Virus record (IMG/VR): IMGVR_UViG_3300033146_003848 | Span: 32,001 to 96,000 of that record | Length of the DNA: 64,000 nt | Direction: 5' to 3' (one strand) | Origin: a virus | Shown here: positions 9,487 to 18,184 of the stretch, one piece after another | Numbering within the stretch: position 1 is the stretch's first letter | How the letters are laid out: every line of letters begins with the position of its first letter | The notes under the pieces: model-generated | What the model saw: only the letters and a program-made list of their open reading frames with translations | Told to the model about the DNA's origin: nothing | Database searches by the model: none | Translations under genes and position numbers: made by a program

Positions 9487-10017
9487 CTATTCGTCAAACC
9501 AAATTATATTATTAGATTCTTTAGCGAGTGATAATACCTTGAGATTAAACGTTTCATCATATAACTCTTCAAATAGTCCCATCATTTCAAAAATAACATG
9601 TTGATACCAATATATAAATGAATCGTTCTCATCTGTACGATTAACTGGATCAGAAGAGCATATGGCAATGATTTCTCTTCTAATGTTAGTAATACCTCGC
9701 TCCAATTCATCTATATCATCATCAATTGAATTCTTAGAAACTCTCTTGCGATAAAATTCAACTTCATTTAAATCTCCATCATTTTCAATCTCATAAGAAA
9801 CTATTTTTAATAATTGTAATTGAATATTACATTCAATAAGTTCATCGAGAGTATCACTTATGGTTTTTGCACATGATGCAATCGACTCTTTCATTGTTGA
9901 TGCCCCATAAGATATTATTAGTAATTCTCGAGTTTCAAGATCTATTTTAAAATTAGATATATCTTGTAAAACTCGATCTATATTTGTTGAATAATCAACC
10001 GTAAATTCAAATGCCAT
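9487..10017 (-). CDS. Hypothetical helical protein
   Basis: GAGG RBS, 176 aa. Confidence 0.7.
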   Translation of the reverse strand: MAFEFTVDYSTNIDRVLQDISNFKIDLETRELLIISYGASTMKESIASCAKTISDTLDELIECNIQLQLLKIVSYEIENDGDLNEVEFYRKRVSKNSIDDDIDELERGITNIRREIIAICSSDPVNRTDENDSFIYWYQHVIFEMMGLFEELYDETFNLKVLSLAKESNNIIWFDE

Positions 10018-10045
10018 TTTGGAATACCTCTTTTGTTACAATTCA

Positions 10046-10168
10046 CTATTCAGGGTTAAAATCGCCAGACTTTTCAACAGCATATGTTTTAAATTTAACA
10101 TTGCATTTTGAAATAGAATCAATAACAATATTGATATCAACGAACCCATTCACATTAAGTATTTCCAT
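10046..10168 (-). CDS. Small protein (40 aa, absent from ORF track)
   Basis: AAGGAGG RBS; MEILNVNGFVDINIVIDSISKCNVKFKTYAVEKSGDFNPE*. Confidence 0.55.
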   Translation of the reverse strand: MEILNVNGFVDINIVIDSISKCNVKFKTYAVEKSGDFNPE

Positions 10169-10203
10169 AAGAACCTCCTTTATATTATTATTTAACAAGC
10201 AAT

Positions 10204-10491
10204 CTACTTGTTGTTTTTCATATTATTCATCATCATCATCATCATCATAGGATCAATATTTGATTCTCCAGACTTAGAATTCATCATCATCATCATCATC
10301 ATAGGATCAATATTTGATTCTCCAGACTTAGAATTCATCATCATCATCATCATCATAGGATTATTCATCATATTAGCACTCCTTGATTTTTTACCTAGCA
10401 TTGAATTAGCCACACCATTGACTAATTTATTCTCTACATTTCGTTGAACTTTTTCATTAAAACTTTTCGCTTTCATATTAATTTTCTCCAT
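10204..10491 (-). CDS. Poly-methionine repeat protein
   Basis: Three M7 tracts in an MMMMMMMNSKSGESNIDP repeat. Confidence 0.7.
   Translation of the reverse strand: MEKINMKAKSFNEKVQRNVENKLVNGVANSMLGKKSRSANMMNNPMMMMMMMNSKSGESNIDPMMMMMMMNSKSGESNIDPMMMMMMMNNMKNNK
10225..10361. repeat. 54-bp tandem repeat (about 2.5 copies) containing (CAT/ATG)7
   Basis: Units start at 10228, 10282 and 10336; the copies appear identical. Confidence 0.95.
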
Positions 10492-10867
10492 TCATACTGT
10501 TTGCGAGTAACCACATTTTTAAAAACGAATTCGACTTAGATCTTGATGAATCCATCATCGCACACTCTTTATCTTTTTCCATTGGAGCATATCGTTTTAA
10601 TAAATCGCTCATCATTCTAGATTTTAAAATTTCAATCGAATTATCATCATGTAGTTTCATAACCATATCGCTTCCATACAAAACTCGTCTAGGAATCGTC
10701 GATATTGAATTTGAATTTGGATCACAAATGACTAATAATTGAGTTTTTATACCTAATTCATTTAACTTCGATATTTCTCGATGAATATTATCCATTGAGA
10801 CTTGAATATCTTCTGCCTTCAAAAGATGATTCAGACTAGTTGCATCATTTATCTTTATTGACATCAT
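10478..10867 (-). CDS. Hypothetical protein in Met-rich cluster
   Basis: Overlap-coupled; moderately Met-rich C-terminus. Confidence 0.65.
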   Translation of the reverse strand: MMSIKINDATSLNHLLKAEDIQVSMDNIHREISKLNELGIKTQLLVICDPNSNSISTIPRRVLYGSDMVMKLHDDNSIEILKSRMMSDLLKRYAPMEKDKECAMMDSSRSKSNSFLKMWLLANSMNGEN

Positions 10868-11057
10868 TACTTCTCCTCATATTTTGCATCATTTGCATCA
10901 TCATCATCATTTTGAACATCTTTCGATTCGAACTCTTAGATGAAGAATTCGAACTAGCAAATGAACTCATGACACTATCAATTGTACTTCTTGGACTCGA
11001 AGAGTTAATATCATCAAACTTAGTAATTGCATCAATCAAATTAAAATCTATTATCAT
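10845..11057 (-). CDS. Small Ser/Met-rich protein
   Basis: GGAGG RBS; MFKMMMMMQMMQNM tract. Confidence 0.65.
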   Translation of the reverse strand: MIIDFNLIDAITKFDDINSSSPRSTIDSVMSSFASSNSSSKSSNRKMFKMMMMMQMMQNMRRSNDVNKDK

Positions 11058-11074
11058 AAGTTCCTCCTTAAATA

Positions 11075-11096
11075 AGAGGGAGAATGAACTCCCTCT
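11075..11096 (-). terminator. Stem-loop, possible intrinsic terminator
   Basis: AGAGGGAG/CTCCCTCT 8-bp stem with 6-nt loop, followed by TATTT on the minus strand, just after the stop at 11112. Confidence 0.55.
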
Positions 11097-11111
11097 AGTA
11101 ATTACAAAAAA

Positions 11112-11921
11112 CTATTCAGCAGAGTTTTCAGTGTCGACTTTAGTTGCTGTCTTTTTGGCAGTTCTTTTAGTGGATTTTTTAGCAGGTTTAGCAGGTTTTG
11201 CTGTTGATGCTTCAGGAAACATTGCAACAAAAGGATTTGCATTATTGTTTCCATTTCCTCCCATCATGTTCATCATCATCATCATCTCAAATGGATCCAT
11301 GCTAGAATCACCACTCATCATCAAGAAAGGCAACATTTTGTTAATATCTGTTCCATCATTATTCCCATTGAAGATTCCACTCATCATGTTCATCATCATT
11401 ATGTCGCCCATTTGGCCTCCCATAATATCATCTCCACTATCTCCCATCATCAACATCATCATCATTGGATTACTCATAATATTAGACATATCCATATTCT
11501 CAGGATTTCCATCTTGAATTCCCATTAGAGAAAAAAGTGAGATGACTTTAGTGAAGAAAAGCATATTTCCCATTATAGATTTAATAGGATGAACAACAAT
11601 AGTTTCATTTGCACCAAAATCATACGCTTCAATTCTTCCATCAGGTCTAATTTCACTTGCAAAAAGAACTTTCTCTTTATGAAGAATGATATCTCCAACA
11701 TTAACTTGATTCACTGGCATTTTGAAGAATGAATCTCCTCCTGATTTAAATACCATATCTGCAACATTTGTTACAGAACAAGTCTTTGGTTCAAAAGTGA
11801 TCCAACTACCTTCTGAATCTCTTACTGCAATTCCTTTTGGACTCATAGCAAATCTACCATCAGATAGTTTACCGAATTCCATGTTGCCAAACATTTTACT
11901 CAAATTCATTTTTCCAAACAT
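11112..11921 (-). CDS. Methionine-rich protein: beta-rich N-domain, Met/Gly/Asn low-complexity region, basic tail
   Basis: AAGGAG RBS; PMMMMLMMG, MMMNMMSG, EMMMMMNMMGG; AKPAKPAKKSTKRTAKK tail. Confidence 0.8.
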   Translation of the reverse strand: MFGKMNLSKMFGNMEFGKLSDGRFAMSPKGIAVRDSEGSWITFEPKTCSVTNVADMVFKSGGDSFFKMPVNQVNVGDIILHKEKVLFASEIRPDGRIEAYDFGANETIVVHPIKSIMGNMLFFTKVISLFSLMGIQDGNPENMDMSNIMSNPMMMMLMMGDSGDDIMGGQMGDIMMMNMMSGIFNGNNDGTDINKMLPFLMMSGDSSMDPFEMMMMMNMMGGNGNNNANPFVAMFPEASTAKPAKPAKKSTKRTAKKTATKVDTENSAE

Positions 11922-11990
11922 ACTTTTCTCCTTTAAAAATAAAAAACAACCATAACTCTCAAAACGACTGTATCATTCAATCACATATAC

Positions 11991-12019
11991 AATATAACAT
12001 AACTAAGTCTCGAAGTCAA
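11991..12019 (-). promoter_or_regulatory. sigma70-type promoter P1 of Met-rich cluster
   Basis: TTGACT-N17-TATATT with TG. Confidence 0.7.
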
Positions 12020-12081
12020 TTATTATCAAAAATAAAAAGACCAAACAAATGACACATTAGTTATGAGTACTAAGTCAGTAT

Positions 12082-12110
12082 AATATATCACAATTAATTA
12101 AAAAACGCAA
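12082..12110 (-). promoter_or_regulatory. sigma70-type promoter P2 of Met-rich cluster
   Basis: TTGCGT-N17-TATATT with TG. Confidence 0.5.
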
Positions 12111-12215
12111 ATATAATAATCCTAATTGTCAAAATTAATTTTTGGATATCTCATTTTAATTAACTCACTAAATCGAATCGAAATAATCATGCGACTTTCG
12201 AAATTCATAACAGTA

Positions 12216-12794
12216 TCAACTATCATAACGATAATCTAATGGTTCATCCATAGATTCCTCATTCTCATATGTTTCATAATCAGCATATTCTTTCTCTGAA
12301 ACGTTTTTTATATGAATGCTTAATCCTAATAGAGATTCTATAGTATCTTCACCAATATATTCCATTCCCCATTCCGATCCCAATTCAGCATAATGAGTCA
12401 ATCTCATTTCGGATAATTCATCATCAGTAATTCCATCTATATCATCGAACATCGTTACCAATGCATCTCCATATTTATGATCACTATACTCGTCCCATAG
12501 ATTAAATTCACGATCACCCATTCGCTCTTGAATTTCAGCAACTAATGCCAAAAAGGCATCAATATCTGTACCAATTTTTGCTTTTAATTTAGTATTGCTA
12601 TATAATGCTCCATGTTCAGAAACATATGTATCATAGTATGCATATTTCACAAATACAGCAAAAAATGTTCCTTTTTCCATCACTTTACCATACTCATTCA
12701 CAAAATATCCAGCCTTAGAAACTTCTTCCCACAATTCATCTCGCTCGATGTTGTTTTTATCTACGGCATCTTGAAAATATTCTTTATTCTTCAT
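12216..12794 (-). CDS. Acidic hypothetical protein
   Basis: GAGGAG RBS, D/E-rich, 192 aa. Confidence 0.7.
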   Translation of the reverse strand: MKNKEYFQDAVDKNNIERDELWEEVSKAGYFVNEYGKVMEKGTFFAVFVKYAYYDTYVSEHGALYSNTKLKAKIGTDIDAFLALVAEIQERMGDREFNLWDEYSDHKYGDALVTMFDDIDGITDDELSEMRLTHYAELGSEWGMEYIGEDTIESLLGLSIHIKNVSEKEYADYETYENEESMDEPLDYRYDS

Positions 12795-13563
12795 TATTCT
12801 CCTCTTTTAATTTATTCAATAACTTGCTAATTCCACTTTCTAATCTGAGATGTGGATCTAGATGAGTCCCTATGTTATTATCATCAACACGTCCCACACT
12901 GTTCTCTTCTTCTAGTTGTGAATCGTTATCATAATACTGCATAATATCATTTGATACGGAATCTTTCGAAAATCTAGAAAGAGACTCGTTTAATTCATTT
13001 TGATATTGTCGTTCAGTCGAAAGTGTATTTGAACGAACTCTTAATACTTTAGATAATTCCTGCTCAGTTAATATATAAATCTTCTCATCAACCTTGATAG
13101 AAGAAGAACTCCATAGAAAATTCATCTTATCTTGAATAAATATACCTAGTTCTTTTATGATATTGGCTCTAAAAATCATTCGAGATACTCCATCAGGAGC
13201 AATCGTTAGTTCTCCACTAGAATTCTCAAACTTCAACTTATCGGATGATGATGCAGAAATAGGACAAGTAAATTTTTCAAAATCTTTAAGGGTTAGAGAA
13301 TCTCGTCGTTCATCGTAAGCATCCATATATTTTTTTGTAATTAGTTCTTCATTGGAGTTTTCACTTTTTAATCTAGCAAATTCTTTCAATAAGTTATCAA
13401 CTTTATGTGTGATGTCTTTCCATTCACCAGACATCGTTTTAGCCATCAGTTTGAGATCATTAAACTCAAACTCTACATATGCCTCTCCGGACGATTCTCT
13501 TCGTTCTTTAATAAATTTCAACGCTAATAGTTGAAAAAAGTCTAGGTTCATTTTATCCTCCAA
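12784..13563 (-). CDS. Hypothetical protein
   Basis: Coupled ORF, 259 aa. Confidence 0.7.
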   Translation of the reverse strand: MEDKMNLDFFQLLALKFIKERRESSGEAYVEFEFNDLKLMAKTMSGEWKDITHKVDNLLKEFARLKSENSNEELITKKYMDAYDERRDSLTLKDFEKFTCPISASSSDKLKFENSSGELTIAPDGVSRMIFRANIIKELGIFIQDKMNFLWSSSSIKVDEKIYILTEQELSKVLRVRSNTLSTERQYQNELNESLSRFSKDSVSNDIMQYYDNDSQLEEENSVGRVDDNNIGTHLDPHLRLESGISKLLNKLKEENNEE

Positions 13564-13954
13564 TTGTTAAATATAAACCAGGGTCATGTATTATTTTTTG
13601 CATTGTTGAATATGAATCGGGATCGACAATCAACTCGCAATTTATTTTGAATGGAGATATAGTGCCAGGCAATCGCATTGAATATCTGTCATGTGAAAAC
13701 GATATTTCATCCATTACTAACTCATCTATTGAATAATTCACTATTTGAATTGGAACTTTGATATTCATAGCATTACTAAGTCTAGAGCATTCCATTGCTT
13801 GATGTTGAGATAAATTTAACAATTCTGCATTTTTTCGTTCTAAATCCGCAATTACAGTCTGCATTTTGACAGTTTCACTTGTTAATTTATCATTTAATCG
13901 TTTGAGTTTCATTAAAAGTAATTTGATCATATAAAAATCTCCCAAAAGTTTCAT
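13553..13954 (-). CDS. Hypothetical coiled-coil protein
   Basis: Coupled ORF. Confidence 0.65.
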   Translation of the reverse strand: MKLLGDFYMIKLLLMKLKRLNDKLTSETVKMQTVIADLERKNAELLNLSQHQAMECSRLSNAMNIKVPIQIVNYSIDELVMDEISFSHDRYSMRLPGTISPFKINCELIVDPDSYSTMQKIIHDPGLYLTIGG

Positions 13955-14000
13955 TAATATAATATATCAAATAATGCGAAATTTGTACGAAGATTTTAAC

Positions 14001-14480
14001 CTAATTTAATCGTTGAAGATCAGGAGCAATTCTGAATTCGATATCAGGCTCTCCTTGAGAAAATGTATGAAGAGTATCTTGAATTTCCATAATATCATCG
14101 TTGGTATAGGCGATATCATAGGTAATGATAATTTTTTTCTTATCATATTTAATGTCACGAAAGAAACGCATAAAAACCTTTTCGTTCTTAATCAAGGAGA
14201 TGAATTCATCATCTTGAAGCACTTTCATATCTCCCTTACTATTATCGATCAATTTTATTATAAATTCTTTAACTATATCTCGAACTTTTTCAGCAGGAGT
14301 CAATTCAACGTTAGACGAGAAACTACCTTCAACTTCAGTTCCAAATGGCTTATTGTGAGTGTTTGATGGTTGTATGTATTTATTTTGAGGTAATCCTCTA
14401 TCTGGCATAGTAGGTTGTTCTCCTACGGGCATGTCGTATCCAGCATATTCAGTTAAAAAATTAGCGTTTAGTTTTACCAC
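14001..14480 (-). CDS. Hypothetical protein (possible virion/late protein)
   Basis: AAGGAG RBS with GTG start; N-terminus MVKLNANFLTE. Confidence 0.65.
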   Translation of the reverse strand: MVKLNANFLTEYAGYDMPVGEQPTMPDRGLPQNKYIQPSNTHNKPFGTEVEGSFSSNVELTPAEKVRDIVKEFIIKLIDNSKGDMKVLQDDEFISLIKNEKVFMRFFRDIKYDKKKIIITYDIAYTNDDIMEIQDTLHTFSQGEPDIEFRIAPDLQRLN

Positions 14481-14536
14481 AATAATCTCCTTAAATAATT
14501 TATAGTATTATTTATTATTTGATATATTCAATGAAA

Positions 14537-14758
14537 TTAATCTTCTCCTAGCATCAAAAACACCTTCCCATTCTCATTCGTCCATAAAAAGAATGATAGT
14601 TTCAATAATTTCTTTAAATCATTAACATCTAAATCTAAATAGTCCACATCAACTACTTGAAGATATCCTGCTCCAAAAAAATCAGACGTAAATGTTATTT
14701 TACCAGAATATTTATCAATGATATCACAGGCTATCTTTAAATTATATGGATCAATCAA
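14537..14758 (-). CDS. Hypothetical protein
   Basis: Coupled to the upstream adenylyltransferase gene. Confidence 0.55.
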   Translation of the reverse strand: MIDPYNLKIACDIIDKYSGKITFTSDFFGAGYLQVVDVDYLDLDVNDLKKLLKLSFFLWTNENGKVFLMLGED

Positions 14759-15555
14759 CTGTTTCTCCTCTCAGTTATTTCTTCTCGAATTCTAGTAATT
14801 TCCTCATGAAATCCTTGAACATCTTTAATATTTGTTGCACGAGTCATTTTTGCAAATATTTGAGTAATATCATCTTCCAGTTGATCGATAGCACTTTCAC
14901 ACCAATATGGAGTAATATTATCAGTTAACTCAACGAAATGCGGCTCATCGTTATTAGGATGATAACATCTTGTAACTAAACTCCCTGACGTTTTCATAAA
15001 CTTACATTGCTTACATAGATTCATTTCATAATCATCTCGCTTCGCTTTTTCCCAATATTTCATGATTAATTCGAATGACTTTGCTCCAACTAAATGACTA
15101 ATTTTCTCATTTCGATGAAGTCTATCACGAATATCAGTGGCTGAAATTCCCAACTCATTTCGATCCACAATATCATATTGGAATTTATAAGATGTATACA
15201 TCAGCAGATCAGTCATTTCTCCTCCGTAGAATGTTACATCTATTGGAGTTGCATTTTTTTTCCAAAGAGTAATTTGATCCCACAAGGAAGTTATCCAAAT
15301 ATCTAAATCATTCATGTCAGCCAACGGAGCAACTCTTAATTTTGGGAACTCTCGTTGGATAATCTTACGTCTCTCTTGATATTTAAACCAAAACATACTC
15401 TCATCAAAAATATGAGAATTCGCACTCCCTATTAATAATAAACAATTATTAATACCATATTTTTCAATCATTATATTAATAGTATTAATGTGTCCTCTAT
15501 GAAGGGGATTAAATTTACCTACAATTGCCGCAAGGTCTTTCACTATTTTCTCCAT
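14755..15555 (-). CDS. nadM: NadM-type nicotinamide/nicotinate mononucleotide adenylyltransferase with C-terminal Cys4 extension
   Basis: GKFNPLHRGH (HxGH), LIGSAN, YQERR, PLADMND...W, GISATDIRDRL; extra CKQC...C...C domain. Confidence 0.82.
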   Translation of the reverse strand: MEKIVKDLAAIVGKFNPLHRGHINTINIMIEKYGINNCLLLIGSANSHIFDESMFWFKYQERRKIIQREFPKLRVAPLADMNDLDIWITSLWDQITLWKKNATPIDVTFYGGEMTDLLMYTSYKFQYDIVDRNELGISATDIRDRLHRNEKISHLVGAKSFELIMKYWEKAKRDDYEMNLCKQCKFMKTSGSLVTRCYHPNNDEPHFVELTDNITPYWCESAIDQLEDDITQIFAKMTRATNIKDVQGFHEEITRIREEITERRNS

Positions 15556-15983
15556 TCGTTAGGTGATTCATTTATCAGCAGTGTTATTGTTACATTCACA
15601 TTATTATGATGTGCTCCTGTTCTCAAATCGAAAAGTTCAGATTGTAAATTTTCATTTTTAGATAGTAATAAATTGAAATTATCAATATATATATCTGTAT
15701 AATCTCCACTCTCAATGAAATTAACTATCTTATCTAAACTTTCAGAATCTTCTACCCAACACTCACAAACAGTTCCACAACTAGGTTTACCATACAAGTC
15801 ACATAATCTTTCTATAGACTCTTCAGTGGTTACAAATAAACTTCTCTTTTCATTTTGGGCTAAGAATGATGAATACAACTCTTTAGTTTTACCACTATGA
15901 GCAGTATTACTTATTTGAATGAATGTTGGTACATTTGTTTTTTTAAAATTCATAATCATTTCCTCATTTAAATTAATAATCAA
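15543..15983 (-). CDS. Small RecA/KaiC-like P-loop domain protein
   Basis: Walker A-like AHSGKT, LFVTTEES, Walker B IYIDNF; real start probably 15953 or 15959. Confidence 0.55.
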   Translation of the reverse strand: MIINLNEEMIMNFKKTNVPTFIQISNTAHSGKTKELYSSFLAQNEKRSLFVTTEESIERLCDLYGKPSCGTVCECWVEDSESLDKIVNFIESGDYTDIYIDNFNLLLSKNENLQSELFDLRTGAHHNNVNVTITLLINESPNEWRK

Positions 15984-16040
15984 CTAGAACTATTATATCA
16001 CATGTAGTTAACAATGTCAATAATAATAGTTCTAGTTGAT
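15979..16040. repeat. Perfect 18-bp inverted repeat with 26-bp spacer
   Basis: ATCAACTAGAACTATTAT (15979-15996) / ATAATAGTTCTAGTTGAT (16023-16040). Confidence 0.95.
15992..16020 (-). promoter_or_regulatory. Consensus sigma70 promoter inside the inverted repeat
   Basis: TTGACA-N17-TATAAT with TG extension. Confidence 0.8.
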
Positions 16041-16050
16041 CCACATGAAT

Positions 16051-16917
16051 TTAGTGATAGTATGGAATTTGTTGTTTAAACATACTCTTATTTACTTGAT
16101 TACATATCTTAACTATAGTTTCAACTGAAACTCCACTTTCATTAGATATTCTTTCTTGATATTCAGCATCATCCGCTAATTTTAGCCATATTTCACTGTT
16201 TGGTAGAAGAGAATCCTCGATTGTTACCATCACTCTATCGAGATCCCAGTAAGAGAATCCTAATTCTTTTTCATCAGTTTGATTTCCCCAAAGTTCAGCA
16301 GAAGGAGTTTTATTAACTATGGTCGATGGAACATCTAATGCTCTAGCCATCTCAAACACTTCAGTTTTCGAATGTCTTAATATTGGAGCATATGATCCAA
16401 TATTATCTCCACCAACAGTATAATATCCTAACCAATATTCACTCAGATTACTATTCTCACTTACAAGTCCATTGACAACTTTTGACCAATCCATGAGAGC
16501 AATCATTCTAGATCTAGCACATACATTTCCCTTTCTCACATATATATCATCTCTATTATCGTGAACTCTCAAATAAGTATTAAAATATCCATCTACCATC
16601 CCATTAATGCTTTGAGTGAACATTTTCACTCCAAAGTGACTACATAGATTCTGAGCATCACTTTTCGAAGCATTAGTTGAAATACTTTCATATGGCAAAC
16701 TCAATGCTATAACATTTTCACGTCCCAAGGCTCTCACAGTTAACGCAAGAACCGTCGCAGAATCAATGCCACCAGAAACACCAATCACCGCCTTTGTGAA
16801 TCCTAAATCATCAAACACTTCTTTAATAAATTGAACGCTATTTTCTATAGCATCATCCACTTCAAATTCTCGCTTCAAAAAATACTCTTCTCTATTCATT
16901 AGACTCTCCATTTGCAT
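16051..16917 (-). CDS. nadE: NH3-dependent NAD+ synthetase
   Basis: GVSGGIDSA P-loop, GNVCARSRM, SEYWLGYYTVGGD, KTEVFEMA, KTPSAELW..QTDEKELG. Confidence 0.95.
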   Translation of the reverse strand: MQMESLMNREEYFLKREFEVDDAIENSVQFIKEVFDDLGFTKAVIGVSGGIDSATVLALTVRALGRENVIALSLPYESISTNASKSDAQNLCSHFGVKMFTQSINGMVDGYFNTYLRVHDNRDDIYVRKGNVCARSRMIALMDWSKVVNGLVSENSNLSEYWLGYYTVGGDNIGSYAPILRHSKTEVFEMARALDVPSTIVNKTPSAELWGNQTDEKELGFSYWDLDRVMVTIEDSLLPNSEIWLKLADDAEYQERISNESGVSVETIVKICNQVNKSMFKQQIPYYH

Positions 16918-17317
16918 TATTTTCCATAAGCATTTTTTGCCAACTTATATTTAATCCGGGAATCAAAGATATTATTTGAGTTTTAGTGAACGCATTGAGT
17001 TCAGCAGTAACATTAACAACTCGTTCGATGAGTGAGTGTCCAATATTTGGATCTTCATTCAATATCATTTCCAATTCCACATCACTAAAGGGTTTACCAT
17101 AAATATCAACAGCGGAATTCATAAACTTATCAATTAATAGTTGAGGTAAAACAGTACCTAGTATGCGATTTTTGTTTGCAGTAGAAAATTCAATATTATT
17201 AGTAGACAATGAAGTTTCTAAAACATTCTTAAACGTTTTCTTTATAGATTTTATATAATTCGCTTTATCTAGAATTTTCATTAATAATTCATTTCTATTC
17301 ATTGGAATCTCCTTCAT
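16892..17317 (-). CDS. DUF2059-like helical protein (paralog 2)
   Basis: DIYGKPFSDVELEMIL; aligns with the upstream neighbour. Confidence 0.5.
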   Translation of the reverse strand: MKEIPMNRNELLMKILDKANYIKSIKKTFKNVLETSLSTNNIEFSTANKNRILGTVLPQLLIDKFMNSAVDIYGKPFSDVELEMILNEDPNIGHSLIERVVNVTAELNAFTKTQIISLIPGLNISWQKMLMENNANGESNE

Positions 17318-17696
17318 CTAAAATATTTTGAATTTCTTCTAAAATAGTTGGCATTGCAGGACTCATACGGTCATGAGTCAATTTATCAACGAGTGCAGTT
17401 ATCCGAGGAGTTTTCTCAATGATCGATTTTCCTAAAGGACTATCATTGAATTCAACTATAGATTGCAACTCATCATCATCAAACGAATCACTATATATTT
17501 TAGTAACATCTTCAATAAATTCAGGAGTCAATGTTCTTGAAACAATATGATTCAATATCTTTATTCGTTTTTCGGGAGATATTGTGATTTCAGATGCATT
17601 TATCATCTGAGACAGAATGCCTTCAAATGATGTTCTAAGTTTGGTTTCATATTCTAATTGAGTCAATATGGTTCGCACTAAATCTATCTTACTCAT
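17295..17696 (-). CDS. DUF2059-domain protein (paralog 1)
   Basis: IYSDSFDDDELQSIVEFNDSPLGKSIIEK signature. Confidence 0.7.
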   Translation of the reverse strand: MSKIDLVRTILTQLEYETKLRTSFEGILSQMINASEITISPEKRIKILNHIVSRTLTPEFIEDVTKIYSDSFDDDELQSIVEFNDSPLGKSIIEKTPRITALVDKLTHDRMSPAMPTILEEIQNILDEGDSNE

Positions 17697-17854
17697 TATC
17701 TATCTCCTAATAATTTATATCTATTAAATAGATGTTTATAATGTTGAGAATTCACTTGATATCCTCCATCACTCTTTTCATTCTCCATCTTTCTCATACG
17801 TTCTTTAATTGCCTTTAAAGTCATTCTATTGACTTTCACTTTTTTTTCTACCAT
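17696..17854 (-). CDS. Small basic protein (52 aa, absent from ORF track)
   Basis: AAAGGAGG RBS; MVEKKVKVNRMTLKAIKERMRKME...; TAATG coupling to the next gene. Confidence 0.6.
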   Translation of the reverse strand: MVEKKVKVNRMTLKAIKERMRKMENEKSDGGYQVNSQHYKHLFNRYKLLGDR

Positions 17855-17887
17855 GCTAATACCTCCTTTGGTTTTTGCATTAAATTA

Positions 17888-18139
17888 TTATTCCCATGGG
17901 ATTTCGGAATTAATCACATCAACGATATCATCTTTCCATGAATACGGAACTCCTTTTGGCCAGAACCGTATGTCCCATGGTCCCAACACTCGTTGGTTAC
18001 ACATTGGTTCATTATATCCAGTTGAATGAATAGTTACTAACCAAGGCTTTTCATTTAATAATAAAATCACTTCATGTTCATCCACATGATTAATTTCAAT
18101 CGTTGTTAACTTCATAATCTCTCCGACATTTAATATCAA
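17888..18139 (-). CDS. Hypothetical protein
   Basis: ORF in operon orientation. Confidence 0.6.
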   Translation of the reverse strand: MILNVGEIMKLTTIEINHVDEHEVILLLNEKPWLVTIHSTGYNEPMCNQRVLGPWDIRFWPKGVPYSWKDDIVDVINSEIPWE

Positions 18140-18184
18140 CTTAATAATTAATATATCAAACTATCAAGAATTTCTCATTTAAAA

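Noticed and set aside
10225-10361. Repeat array considered as a CRISPR
   Set aside because: Units are identical with no unique spacers and lie in frame within a CDS; no cas genes
10011-11955. Plus-strand ORFs with poly-Ile or poly-Ser runs (10011-10250, 10208-10447, 10840-11517, 11722-11955)
   Set aside because: Antisense shadows of the (ATG)n poly-Met genes; the RBSs and promoters are on the minus strand
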